Positions 26,827 to 32,435 of a stretch of DNA of 32,435 nt are shown piece by piece (the stretch's first letter is position 1; each line of letters starts with the position of its first letter). Below the pieces are notes generated by a model, which saw nothing but the letters and a program-made list of their open reading frames with translations, made no database searches and was not told where the DNA came from. The stretch spans positions 1 to 32,435 of the forward strand of contig JAGKSZ010000047.1 in the NCBI GenBank assembly GCA_018991295.1. The letters run 5' to 3'. The translations under genes and the position numbers were made by a program. The stretch comes from Porphyrobacter sp. Its GTDB lineage: Bacteria > Pseudomonadota > Alphaproteobacteria > Sphingomonadales > Sphingomonadaceae.

Positions 26827-28347
26827 ATGGCCGAACCTGAAAAAGTCACCCCGATCAAACCGCAGGACACCGCCGGAGAGCTTCCGGTGCGAAAGCTGCC
26901 CGCCAATCTGGAGGCCGAAGCCGCCTTCCTCGGCGCGGTGCTGATCGATAACCGGGTGATCGAGGAATTGCAGGTGCCGATCCGGCCCGAACATTTCTTT
27001 GAAGCCCTGCACGCCCGCATCTATGACCGCGTCCTGACCCTGATCGAACGCAACGCCACGGCATCGCCTGTCACCTTGCGCCCCTTCTTCGAGGCGGACG
27101 AGGCGCTGCGCGAACTGGGCGGCACGTCCTACCTTGCACAGCTTACCGCGAGCGGCGCAGGGCTTTTGGTGCCGCGCGAACTGGCCCAGCAGATTTACGA
27201 TCTGGCCTTGCTGCGCGAACTGGTGAGCGTTGGGCGGGGCCTTGTGGAAGGCGCGCTCGATACCTCGGAAGATACCTCGCCCATGGACCGCATCGCGCAG
27301 GCCGAAGCGGACCTGTTCCGCGTGGCAGAAGGTGCAGCGACCGGGCGCGAGGCCGCCACCTTCCGCGAGGCGGCGATGACCGCGATCCGCATGGCCGAAG
27401 CCGCGATGAATTCAGGCGGCGGGCTGTCGGGCAAGACAACCGGCCTTGCCACGATCGACCAGAAGACCAGCGGCCTGCACAATTCCGACCTCATCATCCT
27501 TGCCGGGCGGCCCGGCATGGGCAAGACCTCGCTTGCCACCAACATCGCCTTCAACTGCGCCGAGGCGCATCTCAACTGGCAGCGCGAGGGCGGCGAGTTC
27601 AATTACGGCGCGCCGGTCGCCTTCTTCAGCCTTGAAATGAGCAGCGATCAGCTGGCCACGCGTATCCTTGCCGAACAGGCCGAGATTTCCTCCGAAGCCC
27701 TGCGCAGCGGTAAGCTGACGCGGGAGGATTTCCAGAAGCTGTCCTATGCCAGCCAGCGGCTTGCCGAACTGCCGCTCTATATCGACGATACGCCCGCGCT
27801 GACCATCGGTGCCCTGCGCACCCGCGCGCGGCGGATGAAGCGGCGGCACGATATCGGGCTTATCATCGTTGACTATCTGCAGCTGCTGCAAGGTTCGGGC
27901 CGGGCGAATGATAACCGCGTCAATGAAATCTCGGAAATCAGCCGGGGCCTGAAGACGCTGGCGAAGGAATTGCAGGTTCCGGTGATCGCGCTCTCGCAGC
28001 TTTCCCGCGCCGTCGAAAGCCGCGAGGACAAGCGCCCGCAGCTCTCGGACCTGCGCGAATCCGGCTCGATCGAGCAGGACGCGGACATGGTGTGGTTCAT
28101 CTTCCGCGGCGATTATTACCACCTGCTGGTCAAGCCCGACACACCCGATGCATCCTCTGCGCCCGACGTGCAGGAGAAATACCGCCAGTGGGAAGAAAAG
28201 TTTGAAGGGCTGGTGGGCCGCGCAACCCTGATCGTGGCCAAACAGCGCCACGGCTCGACCGGCAACGTGCCGCTCCACTTCCAGAGCGATATCACCAAGT
28301 TCACTTCGCCCAACTTCAAGGATTATTCGGACTACGGGTACGAATAG
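26827..28347 (+). CDS. dnaB: Replicative DNA helicase (true start MAEPEKV at 26827)
   Basis: LPANLEAEAAFLGAVL, AGRPGMGKTS, FSLEMS, IVDYLQL, ALSQLSRAVESREDKRPQLSDLRESGSIEQDAD, AKQRHG; no intein. Confidence 0.97.
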   Translation: MAEPEKVTPIKPQDTAGELPVRKLPANLEAEAAFLGAVLIDNRVIEELQVPIRPEHFFEALHARIYDRVLTLIERNATASPVTLRPFFEADEALRELGGTSYLAQLTASGAGLLVPRELAQQIYDLALLRELVSVGRGLVEGALDTSEDTSPMDRIAQAEADLFRVAEGAATGREAATFREAAMTAIRMAEAAMNSGGGLSGKTTGLATIDQKTSGLHNSDLIILAGRPGMGKTSLATNIAFNCAEAHLNWQREGGEFNYGAPVAFFSLEMSSDQLATRILAEQAEISSEALRSGKLTREDFQKLSYASQRLAELPLYIDDTPALTIGALRTRARRMKRRHDIGLIIVDYLQLLQGSGRANDNRVNEISEISRGLKTLAKELQVPVIALSQLSRAVESREDKRPQLSDLRESGSIEQDADMVWFIFRGDYYHLLVKPDTPDASSAPDVQEKYRQWEEKFEGLVGRATLIVAKQRHGSTGNVPLHFQSDITKFTSPNFKDYSDYGYE

Positions 28348-28356
28348 CATGACGCA

Positions 28357-29697
28357 ATGGCCGGACCGATGACTGTTTCGAGCTCGGCGAACATACCCCC
28401 TGTCCCGTCTTTGCGCGAACTTGTCGCCGCTTTCATCCGGATCGGGTTCCTGTCCTTTGGCGGGCCGGCCGGGCAGATTGCGTTGATGCACCGCGAAGTC
28501 GTGGAGGAGCGCGGCTGGCTGGGGGAGGAGGATTTCCTCCACGCGCTCAATTTCTGCCACCTCCTGCCCGGCCCGGAAGCGCAGCAGCTGGCGACATGGA
28601 TCGGATGGCGCCTGCATGGGGTGCGCGGCGGGCTGGCGGCAGGGATGCTGTTTATCATCCCGGGCGCGGCGGGGATGTTTGTGCTGACGCTGCTTTATGC
28701 CTTTGCTGCAAACCTTGATTGGGCGGCGGCGCTGTTCCTTGGGGTCAAGGCGGCGGTGCTGGCGATCGTGGCGCAGGCCTTGCTGCGCATTGCGGGCCGC
28801 GCGCTTGACACCGGCCTGAAGCGGGGGCTGGCAGCGGCGGCCTTTGCCGGGCTGTTCCTGCTTGCCCTGCCCTTCCCGCTGATCGTGCTGGGGGCAGGAG
28901 CGATCGGCATGGTCGTGGCAAGGCAGCGCCCCGATCTTCTTGCGCTGAGGCCCGCAGCGACAAGCGCCGCGCTACCCGCAAAGCCGTGGCGCGCCACCAT
29001 CCTTGCCGTGCTGACATGGGGCACGATCTGGGCTGCACCCATGGTCCTGATCGCTGCAACGCTCGGGCAGGATCATGTGCTGTGGCAGATCGGCGTGTTC
29101 TTCTCGCAGCTGTCGGTGGTGACCTTCGGCGGCGCTTACGCCGTGCTCGCCTATATGGCGCAGGAAGCGGTGCAGGGCTTTGGCTGGCTGCACCCCCACG
29201 AAATGGCCAACGGGCTGGGGCTTGCCGAAACAACGCCGGGGCCGCTGATCCTTGTCACCCAGTTCGTCGGCACGCTGGCCGCTTACCGCGTGCCGGAGCC
29301 CTTCACCCCGATGGTGGCCGCATTGCTGGGCGCGGGGCTGACGACTTGGGTAACCTTTGCGCCGTGCTTCCTGTGGATCTTCGCGCTTGCGCCGTGGATC
29401 GACCGGCTGGGGCAGGCAGTATGGCTGAAGGGCGGGCTGGCGGCGGTCACCGCAGCGGTGGTGGGGGTGATCGCCAACCTCACCGCCTGGTTTGCGCTCC
29501 ATGTGCTGTTCGGCCGCGTCGGCACATGGGAGACAGGCCCGCTCAAGCTGACATGGCCCGATCTTGCCAGCTTCGACTGGCGCGCAGGGGTGCTTACGCT
29601 GGCCGCGCTGGCGCTGGCCTTCGGGGCGAAATGGGGCGTGCTGCGGCTGCTTGGTGCAGCGGCGGCAGGCGGGCTGGTGCTGGGCCTATCGGCCTGA
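28357..29697 (+). CDS. chrA: Chromate efflux transporter (long-chain CHR)
   Basis: IGFLSFGGPAGQIA, LLPGPEAQQLA, TFGGAYAVL, LAETTPGPLI; two homologous halves. Confidence 0.92.
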   Translation: MAGPMTVSSSANIPPVPSLRELVAAFIRIGFLSFGGPAGQIALMHREVVEERGWLGEEDFLHALNFCHLLPGPEAQQLATWIGWRLHGVRGGLAAGMLFIIPGAAGMFVLTLLYAFAANLDWAAALFLGVKAAVLAIVAQALLRIAGRALDTGLKRGLAAAAFAGLFLLALPFPLIVLGAGAIGMVVARQRPDLLALRPAATSAALPAKPWRATILAVLTWGTIWAAPMVLIAATLGQDHVLWQIGVFFSQLSVVTFGGAYAVLAYMAQEAVQGFGWLHPHEMANGLGLAETTPGPLILVTQFVGTLAAYRVPEPFTPMVAALLGAGLTTWVTFAPCFLWIFALAPWIDRLGQAVWLKGGLAAVTAAVVGVIANLTAWFALHVLFGRVGTWETGPLKLTWPDLASFDWRAGVLTLAALALAFGAKWGVLRLLGAAAAGGLVLGLSA

Positions 29698-29768
29698 CCT
29701 GCGCCGCTTCGCGGCTGATTGGCAGCAGGGTGTTGCCCGGCCCGGTCCCGGCGCTACACCCTGCAATC

Positions 29769-30959
29769 ATGGTCACCGCGCCCCCCGAATCGCCCCAGAG
29801 CGGACCCGACTACCGTGACCCTGATCCTGTCAGCATAACGGCGGCAGGCCACAGCTTCACCTTCTACCCCCACGGGCAGGACCGGCTGGCGGCCCTGATT
29901 GCCCTGATCGAGAGCGCCAAGGCCAGCCTGCGCGTCTTTTACTATCTGTTCGACAGCGATGGATCGGGCACCCGCGTGCGCGATGCGCTGATCGCCGCCG
30001 CACAGCGCGGGGTTCAGGTGGAACTGATTGTCGATGCTTTCGGCAATGATGCAGGCGCTCCGTTTTTCGAGCCGCTCATTGCAGCAGGCGGCACCTTCGC
30101 GCTGTTCGGTCCGCGCTGGGGGACGCGCTATCTGGTGCGCAACCACCAGAAGTTCGCGATTGCCGATGAAGGCGCCGTGATGACGGGCGGCGCCAATGTC
30201 TCGGATCATTACTTCGCCAGCCCTGCCGATAATGGCTGGTGCGATCTGTCGGTGCAGATCGAAGGCCCGGTGGTGGAACAGTTCACCCGCTGGTTCGGCC
30301 TGCTCAGGGAATGGGTCGCAGGAGAAGCAGAAGGGCGCACCCGCCGCTTGCGCGCCCTGCGCGACATCGTGCGCGCATGGGATGGCGGGGATGGTCCGGT
30401 GCGCCTGCTGGTCGGCGGCCCGCTGGTGCGCCGGGGACACTGGGCCTGGGTGCTGCGGCAGGATCTGGTCAGCGCCACGCGGCTCGATACGGTATCGGCC
30501 TATTTCTCCCCGCCGCGCAGCTTCCGCCGCCTGTTCGCCCGCATCGGGCGGCGCGGCAGCGCGCGCATGATCATGCCGGGCAAATCGGATATCGCCGCCG
30601 CCATCGACATGGCCCGCCTGCTCTACGGCAAGCTGCTGCGCGCGCGCATCCGCCTGTTCGAATTTGGCCCCTGCAAGCTGCACATGAAGCTGCTGGTGGT
30701 CGACGATGTCAGCTATGTCGGCAGCGCCAACCTCGACAAGCGCAGCTTCCGCATCAATGTCGAACTGATGGTGCGCATTGCCGACCCGGAAGTGGCCGCG
30801 GCCTTGCGCAAGGTGATCGATCACCTCGAAGCCGCCAGCGAGCCGATCACCCCGGCCTGGTATGCCCGTCACAGCACCCTGCTGGCCCGGATGCGCTGGC
30901 GCATCGCCTATTGGCTGAACCTTGCCGATTATCGCATCAGCGCGGCCGGAACCCGCTGA
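29769..30959 (+). CDS. Phospholipase D / cardiolipin synthase-like protein (start MVTAPPE)
   Basis: Two HKD motifs: NHQKFAIAD..GGAN and LHMKLLVVDD...GSANLD.RSF..N.E. Confidence 0.9.
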   Translation: MVTAPPESPQSGPDYRDPDPVSITAAGHSFTFYPHGQDRLAALIALIESAKASLRVFYYLFDSDGSGTRVRDALIAAAQRGVQVELIVDAFGNDAGAPFFEPLIAAGGTFALFGPRWGTRYLVRNHQKFAIADEGAVMTGGANVSDHYFASPADNGWCDLSVQIEGPVVEQFTRWFGLLREWVAGEAEGRTRRLRALRDIVRAWDGGDGPVRLLVGGPLVRRGHWAWVLRQDLVSATRLDTVSAYFSPPRSFRRLFARIGRRGSARMIMPGKSDIAAAIDMARLLYGKLLRARIRLFEFGPCKLHMKLLVVDDVSYVGSANLDKRSFRINVELMVRIADPEVAAALRKVIDHLEAASEPITPAWYARHSTLLARMRWRIAYWLNLADYRISAAGTR

Positions 30960-30982
30960 AATCCGCCGCGGGTGCGTTATCA

Positions 30983-30998
30983 TTAACGCCGGTTTTAC
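30983..30998 (+). promoter_or_regulatory. CtrA-like box upstream of the diguanylate cyclase
   Basis: TTAA-CGCCGGT-TTTAC (TTAA-N7-TTAAC with one mismatch), 24 nt before ATG 31023. Confidence 0.5.
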
Positions 30999-31022
30999 GC
31001 ATCACCCCTAAGCATCAGCCCG

Positions 31023-32180
31023 ATGAGAGGGCCTTTCCAGAACCTGCGCGACCGGCTGATGCCGCCCGTCCCCGGTGCGATCCGGGACGAATTCACGATC
31101 CTGCGGGCACGCCGGGTCGAAAGCCAGGCGCCCACCATGTACCTGATGCTGCTGGCGACCACGCCGACAGCGGCCTGGGCCGGATCGGCCGATCTCAACT
31201 GGATGATCAAATACGGGATGCCCGCGCTGCTGGCGGTGCTGTGCGTGCTGGGCCTGATCGAGAACATCATCAGCCGCCGCCGCAGCCTCAGCCTGCGCCG
31301 CGCGCGCCTGATGGTGAAGAAAACCGCCAGCGTTTCGGGCTGGGTGGGGGTGATGTGCAGCAGCTGGGCGGTGCTCAACTGGCTTGCCTCGCCTCCGGAA
31401 GCACACGCCAGCTTTGCCATGATCATCGCCATGGGATCGCTGGCGACAGCCTATTGCCTGTCTGCGGTGCGCTTTACCGCAATCCTCAATCTGGTGATCG
31501 GGGTGGTGCCGATTTCGGCACTGATGCTGACCTCGGGCCGCCCTGCCGAAGTGGCAGCGGCGACCAGCCTGATCCTTGCCACCATGATCCTGGTGCGCTT
31601 CATCATGCAGGGTCACACGATGCTGATCGACCTCTTGCAGTTGCAGCACCAGACCCGCGATCTGGCGCACACCGATCCGCTGACGGGCCTCGCCAACCGC
31701 CGCGCGCTCGATGAACGCATTGCGCCGCTGCTGCGCAAGGGGGATGAGGCCGCGCCCTTCAAGCTGGTGCTGCTTGATCTGGATGGGTTCAAGCCGGTCA
31801 ATGACCGCTATGGCCATGCCTTTGGCGACAAGCTGCTGTGCGGCGTGGCCGATCGTCTGCGCGAAGCGGTGGGTGATGGCGGGCTGGTGGTGCGGCAGGG
31901 GGGCGATGAATTTGCAGTGCTGATCCCGGCGCATTCGCCGCTGCACGGATCGGCGGTGGCCGATCGCCTGCTGATTGCACTGGTGCGCCCGCACATGATC
32001 GAAGGCGTGCCGGTTCAGGTCGGGGCAAGCGTAGGCGGGGCGCATTCCCCCGCCGATGGCACCGATGCCGATGCCCTGTTCGATTTTGCCGACCGCGCGC
32101 TTTATCAGGCCAAGCACACCGCCCGCACCGCACGCCGGGCCGAGGCGCAACCGGAACCGGACACGGCTCTGCGCGCCTGA
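31023..32180 (+). CDS. Membrane-bound diguanylate cyclase (GGDEF)
   Basis: Several N-terminal TMs; DPLTGLANRR, DLDGFKPVNDRYGHAFGD, RQGGDEF, ADRALYQAK; no RxxD I-site. Confidence 0.93.
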   Translation: MRGPFQNLRDRLMPPVPGAIRDEFTILRARRVESQAPTMYLMLLATTPTAAWAGSADLNWMIKYGMPALLAVLCVLGLIENIISRRRSLSLRRARLMVKKTASVSGWVGVMCSSWAVLNWLASPPEAHASFAMIIAMGSLATAYCLSAVRFTAILNLVIGVVPISALMLTSGRPAEVAAATSLILATMILVRFIMQGHTMLIDLLQLQHQTRDLAHTDPLTGLANRRALDERIAPLLRKGDEAAPFKLVLLDLDGFKPVNDRYGHAFGDKLLCGVADRLREAVGDGGLVVRQGGDEFAVLIPAHSPLHGSAVADRLLIALVRPHMIEGVPVQVGASVGGAHSPADGTDADALFDFADRALYQAKHTARTARRAEAQPEPDTALRA

Positions 32181-32281
32181 GTGCACGGTGCCGGGCGGGG
32201 CCCTTTTCCTTGACTTCGCACGCCCCTGCCCCTAGCTGGCGCGCTTCCCTACTTTTCGCGATTCTTGTATAAGGCCCGCAC

Positions 32282-32435
32282 ATGGCACGCGTTACCGTTG
32301 AAGATTGCGTCGACAAGGTTCCCAACCGGTTCGACCTCGTATTGCTCGCCGCGCAGCGTGCGCGCGAGATTTCCGGCGGGAGCGAACTGACCATCGACCG
32401 TGACCGTGACAAGAACCCGGTCGTCGCCCTGCGCG
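32282..32435 (+). CDS. rpoZ: RNA polymerase omega subunit, partial (runs off window end)
   Basis: Manual translation [51 protein letters not shown]. Confidence 0.95.
   Translation, partial: MARVTVEDCVDKVPNRFDLVLLAAQRAREISGGSELTIDRDRDKNPVVALR

Noticed and set aside
1-32435. CRISPR array, tRNA/rRNA, transposase or prophage
   Set aside because: No regularly spaced repeats, RNA gene signatures or mobile-element proteins seen

Overview
GC-rich alphaproteobacterial chromosome window. Gene content and repeats suggest Sphingomonadales, Erythrobacter/Porphyrobacter-like (inference). About two thirds is housekeeping: engB-yidC-yidD-rnpA-rpmH, comM, recQ, an HxlR regulator, a HAD hydrolase, type B rpmJ, galE, an M14 peptidase, cdd, dnaB, chrA, a PLD, a diguanylate cyclase and rpoZ. 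The standout is a five-gene cluster of secreted proteins at 974-10729 built on split DUF11 (CnaA-like isopeptide) domains. Four proteins end in a DUF11 'acceptor' that stops just before its last two strands; three of these four keep the Lys and catalytic Asp. Three proteins begin, right after the signal peptide, with the missing Asn-bearing beta-hairpin 'donor'. The pattern is: a 1714-aa outer-membrane barrel protein (donor only), two pilin-like proteins (donor plus acceptor), a CshA-like adhesin (acceptor only) and a small acceptor lacking Lys/Asp. This reads as a sortase-independent, covalently self-polymerising donor-strand pilus with anchor/usher, shaft, tip and chaperone/cap. That role assignment is inference from motifs. 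Also seen: CtrA-like boxes upstream of this cluster and of other genes, a covarying inverted-repeat element between rpmH and rnpA, a REP-like palindrome, probable HxlR operators and a DnaA box before dnaB.
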